Below are positions 48,565 to 58,625 of a stretch of DNA of 64,000 nucleotides, piece by piece (the stretch's first letter is position 1; each line of letters begins with the position of its first letter). The stretch is from Thecamonas trahens ATCC 50062. Lineage: Eukaryota; Protista; Apusomonadida. Both the position numbers and the translations under genes were made by a program. The notes below the pieces were generated by a model. It had not been told where the DNA came from and did not search any database. It saw only the letters and a program-made list of their open reading frames with translations. Where the stretch lies: assembly GCF_000142905.1 (NCBI RefSeq), contig NW_013657669.1, forward strand, positions 310,001-374,000. Reading direction: 5' to 3'.

Positions 48565-48633
48565 GTGGTGATGAGTGTGTATGTGTGTGCGTCTGTGTGT
48601 CTGTGTGTCTGTGTGTGTGTGGGGGTGGGGGGG

Positions 48634-48890
48634 NNNNNNNNNNNNNNNNNNNNNNNNNNNNNNNNNNNNNNNNNNNNNNNNNNNNNNNNNNNNNNNNNNN
48701 NNNNNNNNNNNNNNNNNNNNNNNNNNNNNNNNNNNNNNNNNNNNNNNNNNNNNNNNNNNNNNNNNNNNNNNNNNNNNNNNNNNNNNNNNNNNNNNNNNNN
48801 NNNNNNNNNNNNNNNNNNNNNNNNNNNNNNNNNNNNNNNNNNNNNNNNNNNNNNNNNNNNNNNNNNNNNNNNNNNNNNNNNNNNNNNNNN
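48634..48890. other. Assembly gap (N run)
   Basis: N run. Confidence 1.
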
Positions 48891-49416
48891 ACCTAGGCAA
48901 GCGCAGCAGTTATTGGTGGGAGGGTGAAGGGGGCTAGGGGAGGGGGAATGGCGGAAAGGGGGAGGGGGAGCAGGAGGGGAGGGGGAGCAGGAGGGAAGAG
49001 GGGGGGGGGGGGGGTGGGTTGCACATTTTTTTTCCCCGCCCAAACTCTCTCCAACTTGGTGCAAGTCCGCCAGTCAGTCAGCCGAGATCGGTGTCGTCGG
49101 GGGCCACCCCGGGCTTGTAGACTATGCGGTGGTTTGGTTTGCTTCTCGGACGGGGGGATAGAGCAAGAAAGTTGCCCCCGAGTGTGGTTGCTGGATGGAA
49201 GGGAGAGTCCAGTCGTTCGTGTTCGCCTCGGAACGCCACCTTCCTCGTCGCGCCGACACATGTTCGATTCGCAAGTGCGTGAGGCAGCCTGCGACAACCT
49301 GGAAGGTTCGACACGGCTCGACGCCGGGCGCGACGGCGATGACAAAAGCAGGCAATTGGGAGACACGTACGTTGCGTGGATTTCTGGTTGCACCACGCGC
49401 TGCCAGGCTGCGGATC

Positions 49417-51513
49417 ATGGACGGGACGTTCGGCTCGGTGCTGATGGGCACACTCGCGGTAATGGTGTTGACGTCTGCGGGCGGCGCGCTGTACCTCGCG
49501 CTCAAGCTCATTGCCGATCAGGCAACGCGGTACCTGTGTACTTCAGTGACGGTGACCAACCGGGACGAGATGCACGACACGCTCCTGCGCTTCCTCTCGG
49601 CACGGAAAGATTTGTTTGTCTCGGCCGACAAGTTTGTTGCGGAGATCCATAAGGAGAGCACGGCGAAGTGGTGGCAAGACGACGGGACGATGGCCAAGGC
49701 CGACGCCGGGCAGCTTGTGCTTCGGCCGGGGACAGGTCACCACGTCCTTCGGTGGCGTGGGGCAACGATCTGGCTCCATTGCCACTCGCTCGGCTCGCCA
49801 ATGACGCAGGGCTTCCATCGCAAGCCGTTCTTTCCGGCGGCGATCACGCTAACAGCACTGACCCGGTCGCGGGCACCATTGCAGACGCTGCTGGAGGCTG
49901 CGCGGGCGGCAGCGGAGAGCGGAAAAGACGGCAAGACCAAGGTGTACGTGCTTGATGCATGGTGCGAGGGCTGGGATGTGGCGGCGGTCAAGGCTCCGCG
50001 ATCGTTTGACTCGGTCGTTCTTGACGGCAGCCTCGCCGCAAACGTTCTCGCCGATGCGCGCACCTTCTTCAGCTCGCAGGCGTGGTATGTGGCGCGCGGC
50101 ATCCCGTGGCGGCGCGGGTTTCTCCTTCACGGCCCGCCGGGAACCGGCAAGACCTCGTTCGTCCAGGCCCTGGCCGGCGAGCTCGGCAAGCCACTCTGCT
50201 TCCTCTCGTTGTCGTCGCAGCACCTCTCGGACGAGATCCTGACCTCGGTGCTCGCAGTGGCACCGCACAACGCCATTCTGCTGCTGGAGGACGTCGACGC
50301 GGTGTTTGTCGAGCGACGAGCTTCAGATTCCTCCGCCCGCCGCGGCGTCTCGTTCTCGGGCCTGCTCAACGCGCTCGACGGCGTCGCGTCGCAGGAGGGC
50401 CGCCTCCTCATCATGACCACCAACCACAAGGACAAGCTCGATGCGGCCCTCATCCGGCCCGGCCGCGCTGACCGCCACATTGAGCTTGGCTACGCGAGCC
50501 AGGCCCAGGCCACAGCCCTCTTCCGCATCTTCTTTCCGACCGCTCCCGAGCTTGCGCCCGAGTTTGCCGCCGCCGTCCCGCCGTGCGCGCTGTCGATGGC
50601 CCGGCTGCAAGGCCTGTGCATGGAGCACAGGAACGATGCCGTCGCCGCCGTGACCGCCGCGCGCAGCCTCGGCGGCCACGAGTCTGAGCTCGAGTCCAAA
50701 GCATGCCTGCTCAACGACACGCCTATCGACGAGTGGCTGCTCCGGCTCGGGCTCCACCGCTACTTGCCCGCCTTTGCCCGGGCCGGTCTCGACTACGTCT
50801 CGCAGCTGCCAGCCGAGCTCGGCCCGACGTGCGATGCCGTCGGCGTCAAGCATCCAGCTCACGTCGCGCGGATGGCCGGCATGCTCGCTGGTGCCCGCGA
50901 TGTTGTCCGTGGCTACCGCGCCGCCTCCCGCGCTGACATCCGTGCGCTTATACTCCGCCGCTTCCGCTGCAGTGTCGACCCGCCGCAGCTCGAGGCTCTC
51001 GTCAACGACGTTGCCGTCGCCATCACACCGGGCTCGACGCCGATCTCGGTTTTTGAGCTCGAGGCAGCCGTGGCAGCTGCGTCTGAGCCGGAAGACATTG
51101 CCGCTATCGCGGGATCGTGGCGCAAGCTCCCTTTGCGGACACCCGAGCCCATTGCGGCGTTCTGTGCCCGGATGGGCGTGCCTTGCGACGACCTCCTCGT
51201 TGACGATCTCAGCCTGTCAGACTTGCCCCACGGCGTGACGCCCGACATGCTCGCCGATCGCATGGTCGACGGGCTTGCTATTGACTGGGCCGAGCTTGGC
51301 CTCACCGAAGTTGGCGTCCAGTGGCGAGCCGAAGCGGCTGTCAGGGCCATCGCCGCGGCATCGCTCGCCGCCCGCCTTGCCGCCCGCGGCGTGACAGACA
51401 CCGACGCGCTCGCGCTTCTCGCGGATGACGACGTGAGGCGGATGTTTGGCCTGGTCTCCGCCGTGGTGTGTGCCCGAGCTGTTGCCGAGCTGGCTCGGGC
51501 CAAGCTGCTGTAA
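49417..51513 (+). CDS. BCS1: BCS1-family mitochondrial AAA ATPase with C-terminal SAM-like extension
   Basis: N-terminal TM; BCS1_N (PGTGHHVLRWRGATIW); WYVARGIPWRRGFLLHGPPGTGKTS, LLEDVD, SGLLNALDGVASQEGRLLIMTTNH and LIRPGRAD. Confidence 0.9.
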   Translation: MDGTFGSVLMGTLAVMVLTSAGGALYLALKLIADQATRYLCTSVTVTNRDEMHDTLLRFLSARKDLFVSADKFVAEIHKESTAKWWQDDGTMAKADAGQLVLRPGTGHHVLRWRGATIWLHCHSLGSPMTQGFHRKPFFPAAITLTALTRSRAPLQTLLEAARAAAESGKDGKTKVYVLDAWCEGWDVAAVKAPRSFDSVVLDGSLAANVLADARTFFSSQAWYVARGIPWRRGFLLHGPPGTGKTSFVQALAGELGKPLCFLSLSSQHLSDEILTSVLAVAPHNAILLLEDVDAVFVERRASDSSARRGVSFSGLLNALDGVASQEGRLLIMTTNHKDKLDAALIRPGRADRHIELGYASQAQATALFRIFFPTAPELAPEFAAAVPPCALSMARLQGLCMEHRNDAVAAVTAARSLGGHESELESKACLLNDTPIDEWLLRLGLHRYLPAFARAGLDYVSQLPAELGPTCDAVGVKHPAHVARMAGMLAGARDVVRGYRAASRADIRALILRRFRCSVDPPQLEALVNDVAVAITPGSTPISVFELEAAVAAASEPEDIAAIAGSWRKLPLRTPEPIAAFCARMGVPCDDLLVDDLSLSDLPHGVTPDMLADRMVDGLAIDWAELGLTEVGVQWRAEAAVRAIAAASLAARLAARGVTDTDALALLADDDVRRMFGLVSAVVCARAVAELARAKLL

Positions 51514-51849
51514 ACGGTTTGGTCACGCTGCGCGAGCGCGGAAGGCTGGCGGCTGGCGGACATACCCTTAGCGGTGCGGTCGTTCGGACGTGTTGTCGCG
51601 CGTCTCAAAGTGAACAACTCGACGATGCTTGATTTCCAGGTCACCAGCCGACGCCGAGCGACGCCTGCTTGGCCTGCGGCTTGAGGTGGGAGGCGCGCCC
51701 GATGCGTGGCTCGCACGTGGAGTCTACTGCCCGTCGCTCGTCCCGGTGACGCTCTTGTGTGCAACATGGGCGACGCGACGATCACGCTGTTCTCGCGTGG
51801 AAGGACTCGATCGAGTGCCGTTTCATGGCAATCTGCTCTCGTCCTCCAG

Positions 51850-52364
51850 ACTCAACTCGCGCCTGCGCGCCTCGCTCACCACTGCGGCGCCGAGGACGCG
51901 CAAGTGGTGGCACTCCATCTTGTACTGGATGCTGGACGCCGCGCTCATCAGCGCGTACGCGCTCTACGCTGACGCGAGCCCACGCCCCGCCACGGCTCGC
52001 GTGTCTTTTCTCTACGACATCATCGACGCCCTCGCCGCCGGCGCCGACGCCGTCAGCTCGGTGCCGTCACGCAAGCGAAAGCGACCCTCGGCAGCAGCTG
52101 CTCGTCATCACCACCTTCCCCAGCGAGCCGCTTTGCGACGCAACTGCCTCGCTGGCCGGAAGCTTCATGGCAACCGATCGCGGCCGCGGACCTTTGCGCC
52201 GTGCGCGGCGTCCATCTCTGCATCGCTCACTGTTTTCTGCTGTGGCAGCCATCAACACATTGTACTACTCTTTTACAACAATTCATGGACGTTGCGAGGT
52301 CTGTGGAGCGTCGCGGAGTGCCCGCTTGCGCAGTGGACAAATTGTCCATTCCGTAGAGGGCTAA
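51850..52364 (+). mobile_element. Degenerate piggyBac-family transposon 3' remnant (transposase C-terminus + right end)
   Basis: RTRKWWHSILYWMLDAALISAYALY is a DDE_Tnp_1_7 C-terminal motif. The Cys-rich tail RRNC...; CAVRGVHLCIAHCFLLWQ appears after a -1 shift. There is a palindrome TGGACAA-A-TTGTCCA at 52334-52348 and an end AGGG|CTAA at 52357-52364. Confidence 0.75.
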
Positions 52365-52462
52365 GCGCGCCAAACGGGGAAACGCAGGAGGCGCAGGGCG
52401 AGGACGACACCTCTCGCACCTCCACACCCTGCACATTAGACCCCCCAAGAGACCCACACCCT

Positions 52463-53086
52463 ATGCAGAGTATGGAGGCACCGGCTGTGGAGCTCGAGTA
52501 TGGGGCCAAGATTGTGCTCGCCGGGCCGAAGCGTGCGGGCAAGTCGGCCATAGCCAACGTGCTTGCGGAGAACGACATGGACGTCGAGCTGGCCATGCCG
52601 TACCACGCCACAGTGGGGGTGCGGATTCTGGAGTTTGCACGGCTGCTGGACGAGCGGTCGTCGATGGAGGTGCAGCTGTGGGACACGTCGGGCGACATTG
52701 ACGCCTACGTCTCGGCCATGCCTGTGTACATGCGCGACGCCGTCGGCGTCATCCTCGTTCTGGACCCGGCGATGAAGAAGACTGACATGGATGCGTGGTT
52801 CACTACCTTTGTGGAGGACTACATGCTCGAAGACCGCCAGGTTCTCGTCCTCCTGCACATGGGCCCGCCCGGGACTACTCTGCCGTCGGGCGCCACCCCG
52901 CGCTCGCTGCTCCCGCGCCGCATGGCCGGCCTCAACGCCATCATCTCGACCCTCGAGTCCGACGAGGCCCGCGACGACGTCCAAGACGCCTTTGAGGATC
53001 TGCTGCGCAACGTTGCAGACGTCCTCGATGACATGCAAGCCGAGGAAGAGTCGCGTATCATCCAGAGCCAGCAGGGCGGTGCGTGA
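52463..53086 (+). CDS. IFT22: Intraflagellar transport protein 22 (RABL5), atypical small GTPase
   Basis: KIVLAGPKRAGKSAIANVLAE, YHATVGVRILEF and VQLWDTSGD; no NKxD motif; C-terminal EEE..II. Confidence 0.85.
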   Translation: MQSMEAPAVELEYGAKIVLAGPKRAGKSAIANVLAENDMDVELAMPYHATVGVRILEFARLLDERSSMEVQLWDTSGDIDAYVSAMPVYMRDAVGVILVLDPAMKKTDMDAWFTTFVEDYMLEDRQVLVLLHMGPPGTTLPSGATPRSLLPRRMAGLNAIISTLESDEARDDVQDAFEDLLRNVADVLDDMQAEEESRIIQSQQGGA

Positions 53087-53976
53087 GCCGTCTCTGCCAC
53101 ACCGCACGGTGCTGCCATTACGCAGCACCCGCTCCCCTCGCGGCAGCGTCATCCGTCACGCGTTCTGGCCTCCTGCGCCGGATCGCGGGCGTTCCGCTTC
53201 GGCGTTGCCCACCCGCGGCGGCTCCGCCCCGGGCTCGGCAAGCATGCACTGCAGGAAGGCCTTGCCCGGCGCCACCATGTGCGGCGGAAAAGATTGAAAG
53301 ATCGAATGCAGAAAGTCCTCCAGGTACGGATTGCACCGATGCGGCTGCGGTTTTGCTGTTGCCCACACCCCGACCGCCCATGCCGTGCGACCTTGTGAGT
53401 CGTGCCGCGCTCTCGATCCTATCCCCCCACCACCGGGCACCGCAACGGCTCTCAACCCAAAGCCCACGTACATGCCCGTGCATAGTATCTGTTGTGGGCG
53501 TCGGTGTGCAGCACCTCTTCTGTCAGCGGTGACGTCGGCGTCGGCGTCGGCTCTTGGTTCCCGTCGGCAGACATGGGCAGAGTGTGGCGCGAGGTGAGTC
53601 GGGTGAGCTGAGCCCAGTCAACACCGATGGCAGGCGGAGCGGGCAGAAGAGCTCGGAAGCCAGCTGGCCGGCAACAGCCACACACACGCAGTCAATCTAG
53701 GATACAGTACATACTCCAAACGATCAGTGTCATCTCCAACACAGCCGCATGTCCTGGTCCTCTCCCAAGGCCAGGATGCCCATGGCCAGCCGATCAACAG
53801 CCGATCGCCTTCCCTGCCCTCGCCGTCGCCAGCCACCGCAGCCGATCCAGCCTTCGCTCGCTCCACGTGGCGTGGCGTACAGCTCGCGCTCGGGCACGAC
53901 GTCATGCTCCTCACCCAACTCCCCCCCCCCCCTACACTGCCGCCCTCCCTCGCCTCCTTCCTCCCTCCATCCCAGC

Positions 53977-56900
53977 ATGTCGGGTACCCGACGACTCGCC
54001 ACCATTCTAGCAGTGGTGGCGGCCATCTCGCTGCTCCCTCTGGTGCTGCTGCGGTCGGGCGAGCCGTCCGAGCCGCTGCCGGCCACCCTGCGACCTCGCC
54101 CGCGTCCGGCTAGGCCGACATCGGGTACGACGGTGGCACCACGCCCGACACCACGCCCGACACCCACGGCTTCACACTTGCCGCCACCGGCGCGGCGTGT
54201 CCGCTCGCCGCCTCCGCCGGGTGCGCCGCCGTCGCCGCCGTACGGTGCAGTCCTCTCTGAGGCCGCGGCGTCGGCCGCTCAGGAGACGGCCTGCGCCAAG
54301 TCCACGGCTGCCGCCCGTCCGGTTGCAAGCTGGCCGACGGACGCCGACACCATGCCGATGGCGCGCATCCGCCTCTCGTGGCCGATGTTTGAGCCAAAGA
54401 AGAGCCCGGCATGGCTTCGACCGTCGGAGGATGCTCGCGTCGACGCCGCGGCCTTTGCGCCTGGCGCCGGCTGGCGGCTCGACGTCCTGCTCGATGCGCT
54501 CGACAGCTCGGACCCAGAGGTTATCACTCGTCCGCTCCGTGCGTATCCCGTCAATGGCGCCCGCTTTGCTTTTCCTCACGCTGCCGCCTTTCTGCCAACC
54601 GTCGACTCGCCTGCCGCTGCTATGGCATCGCGCGAGCTGCTTGACTTTGTCCGAGTGCTGTTCTCCGGCGCGCCGGTGGCGAGCCCGGCCCGCGACGCCC
54701 TCAAGTTTTCTTTCAACTCGATGTGGCCAGTCCTCAATGTGGATCAGGTGCCTGATCCCACCGTGCCGCCGCTTCTGTTGCTGCTGGACGAGCGTCCCGG
54801 CCGCGCGGCTGAGCTCAAGTACCTGCTTTCTGCGCTCGCCGACGTCGATGACATCGAAACAAGCACGCTAGTCATTGTTGTCGACGGTGACGCTGACCTT
54901 GCAGACATCGCCGACGTTCTCCTCGAGTATGCCATCTTTTCACGGACGTACGTCTTCCTCTTCCCGCGGCTCCTCACCGCGCAAGCCTGGCAGCTCGAGA
55001 GCGGCCTCGAGGAGCCGGTGACAGCGCTCGCCCTCACCGGCCTCCGTATTGTCCACGACGTGCTTGGCGCCGAGACCGCCATCGGTCTCTCACTCTCGCT
55101 CCGCCCGCTCCCGTCGTTCCTCCGCCACACGGCGAGGCTGGCGCCGCTGGTAGCAGACGGCACGCTTTTTGCTGCGGACGCTCTCGCCCGTGGCCAGCTG
55201 CACGACTGCTCGCTACTCGCTGATCGCATTCTGGCGCGTGGCGAGTGCCTCGCCAACGACCCATCGGCAGTCACCGTCGAGACTTCGGCGGTCTTGGCGT
55301 GGACTCTCGCTGCGCAGCCCGCCGACTCGCTCGCTGGACTCGTCTGGGCCGAGCGCCACTATCGGCTCCTCGCCAGCGCTGCGCTTGCATCGACAGACGC
55401 ACTGGCTCTCGGACCGGGTGCGGTCCTTGCTGCCGCAGCCGACGCGCTCGGAAGCGGCATCGCAGTCGCAGTGCCGTGCGCGGCCCATGGAACGTGGGCC
55501 GAGCCTAGTGCGGCGTGGGAGGCCAAGCTTCCGACTGCCCATGTCGCCGCACCAGAGCTCATGCCTGTCGGCGACATGCCGGCTGCCATCAAGGCTGCGC
55601 TGAAAAATGTCCGAGGCGCCGAGACATCGGCAGCGCCATGGCCGAGGACCTGCACGCGCGACGCCCGGCCGCCAACGGCCGCGCCGCTGCGAGACTACCC
55701 ACCACAGCCCAGCAAGGAGCCGGCTTCGTCGGCCAAGACTGGCTACGATCTTGTCGATGCCGGTTCGGACGACGCCGTCCATCCCGAGTACTGGCGCGCC
55801 GCGCCACCGTTTGTCACTGACGGAGTGGCGAGCGCCAAGCAGTCGGCACAATGCGGCGGGTGCCGCGGCGAGGCGGGACGGCTTGCTGGCATTCAGGCCG
55901 AAGTTGGCGACAACCCGGCAAAGACCATGTCGTCAGCGGTTGTCGCCATATCGTGGCCAACGCTTGAACCAGCCGCGCCGCCAGAAATGCTCGAGCCGCC
56001 GGCCGACGACGACGAAGCATTTGTGCCCGGCGTCGGCTGGGATCTTGCCCACCTTGTCCGCGGGCTCTCTAGCTCCATGTCCAAGCCTGGCGACGAGTAC
56101 ACACCGCGGTGGATGGTGGCCGTACCTGACGGGCCGCCGGGAGGTGTGGACGTGGTCAAAGCACTGCTCGCGCCTGAGGATGGACCGCCAAAGGAGAGCC
56201 TCGGTGTAGACATGCTCAAAGCGGCGTGGAACGCGCAATGGCCGGTCCTCAACGCCGCTGCTGTGCCGGCGCGAGACCACGCGCCCATCGGGATGCGTCT
56301 GTTTGCTCGGCTCGACGCGCTGCCGACCTGCCTCGACACGCTTGCTGCCGTTGACGGGCTCGACGAGACCGAGGTCATCATTTCGATCGACGGGACTGAG
56401 AACTTGCTCGCGTTCATTGAGCTGGTGGCAAGCAAAGTGACGCAGACCCGGGTCTACTTTCTCCTGCACGGCTACCTGCCGGACGCTGTCTTACTCGGCG
56501 CCGAGTACGCGACGCAGTACGCCGACGGCCCGCCAACTGGCGGCGGCAAGTACGCGCGGGCCAACGTCAACTTCCTCTACCTCTTCCGGGTCATGTTCGA
56601 CACGCTCGGCTACAACTACGCCGCCTTTACCGCTGACGACATGGTCTTTGCGCCGAGCTACTACAAGTACGTTCACGGGCTTGGCCCGCTCACCGCTGCC
56701 GATCCAAACCTGGTTGCCATCTTCTCCTACCCGCACGGTCTTGCCCACGACTGCAACTACATCGTGAGCGCCATGACCAACTCGGGGGAGTGCAAGATCT
56801 CCGACACCGAGACTGTGTTTGTCGAGCCCGAGTACTTTGTCGACTGGGGCAACGGCATGACCGCGCCCATCTTCTATGACGTCTTCCCAGCCATCATTAC

Positions 56901-57222
56901 GTCCTTGCTCCCAGAGCCGTACGACGGCACCATCTACGTCATGGTCGGCAAGGACCGTTTCGCCATCGGCCCGTGCTCGCACCGTACCCAGTACATCACT
57001 GGCATCACCGGCATTTCCGGCGCCTCCGGTGCTCGCTGGGACACCGGCATGCCGCTCCTCGCCTCGATCGCCAACTACTCGACATTTGGCGATACCTTTG
57101 AGATCATAGGCGAACACGCATCCAAGGTTGCCCACCTCGGCGACGTCGTCCTTGGCGTCTGGCCCAATGATGGCTCGCGGGCTGCGCCCTCGTTTGACCC
57201 CTGCCTCCCGCCTAGTCCCTGA
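53977..57222 (+). CDS. Type II membrane glycosyltransferase with two tandem GT-A (GnT-I/GnT-II-like) domains
   Basis: Short cytosolic tail, TM and Pro-rich stem. Internal duplication SWPMFEP/SWPTLEP, FAPGAGW/FVPGVGW, WPVLN/WPVLN, LVIVVDG/VIISIDG, LHDC/AHDC. ADDMVFAP occurs in repeat 2. Confidence 0.75.
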   Translation: MSGTRRLATILAVVAAISLLPLVLLRSGEPSEPLPATLRPRPRPARPTSGTTVAPRPTPRPTPTASHLPPPARRVRSPPPPGAPPSPPYGAVLSEAAASAAQETACAKSTAAARPVASWPTDADTMPMARIRLSWPMFEPKKSPAWLRPSEDARVDAAAFAPGAGWRLDVLLDALDSSDPEVITRPLRAYPVNGARFAFPHAAAFLPTVDSPAAAMASRELLDFVRVLFSGAPVASPARDALKFSFNSMWPVLNVDQVPDPTVPPLLLLLDERPGRAAELKYLLSALADVDDIETSTLVIVVDGDADLADIADVLLEYAIFSRTYVFLFPRLLTAQAWQLESGLEEPVTALALTGLRIVHDVLGAETAIGLSLSLRPLPSFLRHTARLAPLVADGTLFAADALARGQLHDCSLLADRILARGECLANDPSAVTVETSAVLAWTLAAQPADSLAGLVWAERHYRLLASAALASTDALALGPGAVLAAAADALGSGIAVAVPCAAHGTWAEPSAAWEAKLPTAHVAAPELMPVGDMPAAIKAALKNVRGAETSAAPWPRTCTRDARPPTAAPLRDYPPQPSKEPASSAKTGYDLVDAGSDDAVHPEYWRAAPPFVTDGVASAKQSAQCGGCRGEAGRLAGIQAEVGDNPAKTMSSAVVAISWPTLEPAAPPEMLEPPADDDEAFVPGVGWDLAHLVRGLSSSMSKPGDEYTPRWMVAVPDGPPGGVDVVKALLAPEDGPPKESLGVDMLKAAWNAQWPVLNAAAVPARDHAPIGMRLFARLDALPTCLDTLAAVDGLDETEVIISIDGTENLLAFIELVASKVTQTRVYFLLHGYLPDAVLLGAEYATQYADGPPTGGGKYARANVNFLYLFRVMFDTLGYNYAAFTADDMVFAPSYYKYVHGLGPLTAADPNLVAIFSYPHGLAHDCNYIVSAMTNSGECKISDTETVFVEPEYFVDWGNGMTAPIFYDVFPAIITSLLPEPYDGTIYVMVGKDRFAIGPCSHRTQYITGITGISGASGARWDTGMPLLASIANYSTFGDTFEIIGEHASKVAHLGDVVLGVWPNDGSRAAPSFDPCLPPSP

Positions 57223-57560
57223 CATCGCCTCGCCCGAGACGCATATGCCCCTGGCTGCCGCTGCAACGCCCCGCCTGCCCTCGCCTCTACTAGCTGGCTC
57301 CCTCTGCTTTCATCACACATCCCCACCCCAGTGCAGAACACCCCGTATTCGCCCCGTAATCGCCTTGTGTCAACAAATCCGTTTCTTTTTTCTTTAGGTT
57401 TTTCGGTTGCAAGCGCTCTTTTGTTCCGCCACACCAGCATCCCACGCCCCCACGCACCCGCAGCGCACTGCGGGGCCTTTGGCTTTGCGCAGCCCGTCGC
57501 AGCACAGCTGACTCTTGCAGTGAAGCAGTAAGAAGCAACCAAAGCAGCAGACTCACAGGC

Positions 57561-58625
57561 ATGGCACGTGGAAAGACCTCGCGCGAGGTGCAGAACATGC
57601 GGCGGCGGGCGTCTTCGGCGTCGCGGGGACGGGCCGGGCGGCGCAAGCCGTCGCAGGGCAACTGCTGCAAGGACCCGTATGGACACTACGAGAACGAGTG
57701 GCTGACCTCGCTGTGCGGGGCATGCGCCAACTCGCCAGGAAACTGCTGCTACGGCCTTCTCTGTCCGTGCTGCTTTGCCTACTCGCAGCGCAAGGAGCTG
57801 CTCGACTACGACATGTCGCAGTACAAGTGCTGCGACAACCGCATGGGCTGCCTCTCCAAGATGGTGCCGTGCGTGAGTGGAAACGAGTCGTGCTGCCTCT
57901 GCCTCGAGACATGCTGCTGCTCCAACATTGCGGTTCACATCAACCGCTCCATGGTTCAGGAGAAATATCACGTCAGGAGCTCGTGCTGCGACAAGTCCAT
58001 CATCTGCGCCGCCTACATCTGTGTCTGCATTGACTGCCTGCTCAAGTGCGGCGGCTCCCGCTCCGACGAGAGCGAGTCGTTCGGCTTCATTGCCGACTGC
58101 TTCTTCTGCTCCGTCATGTCGTGCATGCTCTCCCAGCAGCAGTACGAGATCAACAACCGCGATCCGTACTCGGTCTCGTTTGGGGGCTCGGACGACTCGT
58201 ACGGATACGAGTCGGACTCGTACGAGTCCGACTCGCACCCTGGTCGCGGTCGCGGCCACAACAAGGGCCGCGGTCGTGCTCGCGGCCACAACAAGGGACG
58301 CGGCCGAGGCCGCGGTCGCCGCGGCAAGTCCTCGTCGGACGACTCGTCGACAGTAACATACTTCGTTTTTTTCCCCGCTAGCTACTGCCCGATGCCCCAC
58401 GTTGCTCGCGTCCCCGGCCACGCCCGCCGCCGCGCCTGCGCCCGCGCCCGCGCCCACGCCCGCGCCCACGTCGGCGCCCGCGCCCGCGCCCACCCTTCTT
58501 GTCTCTGCGGCCTCGCCCGCGTCTCTCGTCGCGTGATCGGCCACCGTCACGCTCAGCACGGACGCTGCTATTTGCGGGCTCGGCTGCCGTTTCGGCCACC
58601 GCCTCGGCCACCGATGTGGCATTGA
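57561..58625 (+). CDS. PLAC8-family Cys-rich protein; true C-terminus may end near 58356-58381
   Basis: EWLTSLC...CCYGLLCPCC, CLCLETCCC and NRSMVQEKYHV; Ser/Tyr-acidic and RG-rich tail. The last ~80 codons overlap the antisense RWD-RING gene. Confidence 0.8.
   Translation: MARGKTSREVQNMRRRASSASRGRAGRRKPSQGNCCKDPYGHYENEWLTSLCGACANSPGNCCYGLLCPCCFAYSQRKELLDYDMSQYKCCDNRMGCLSKMVPCVSGNESCCLCLETCCCSNIAVHINRSMVQEKYHVRSSCCDKSIICAAYICVCIDCLLKCGGSRSDESESFGFIADCFFCSVMSCMLSQQQYEINNRDPYSVSFGGSDDSYGYESDSYESDSHPGRGRGHNKGRGRARGHNKGRGRGRGRRGKSSSDDSSTVTYFVFFPASYCPMPHVARVPGHARRRACARARAHARAHVGARARAHPSCLCGLARVSRRVIGHRHAQHGRCYLRARLPFRPPPRPPMWH

Noticed and set aside
51565-51579. Left TIR of the piggyBac remnant
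   Set aside because: Only about 9/15 identity to the right end, and no TTAA flank.
51629-53086. 485-aa transposase-GTPase fusion as a real protein
   Set aside because: It has a non-ATG start, the transposase part is truncated and frameshifted, and IFT22 has its own ATG after a C/A-rich leader.
53100-53976. Upstream extension of the glycosyltransferase ORF and other small ORFs
   Set aside because: Low-complexity, C-rich leader. ATG 53977 gives a proper type II membrane N-terminus.
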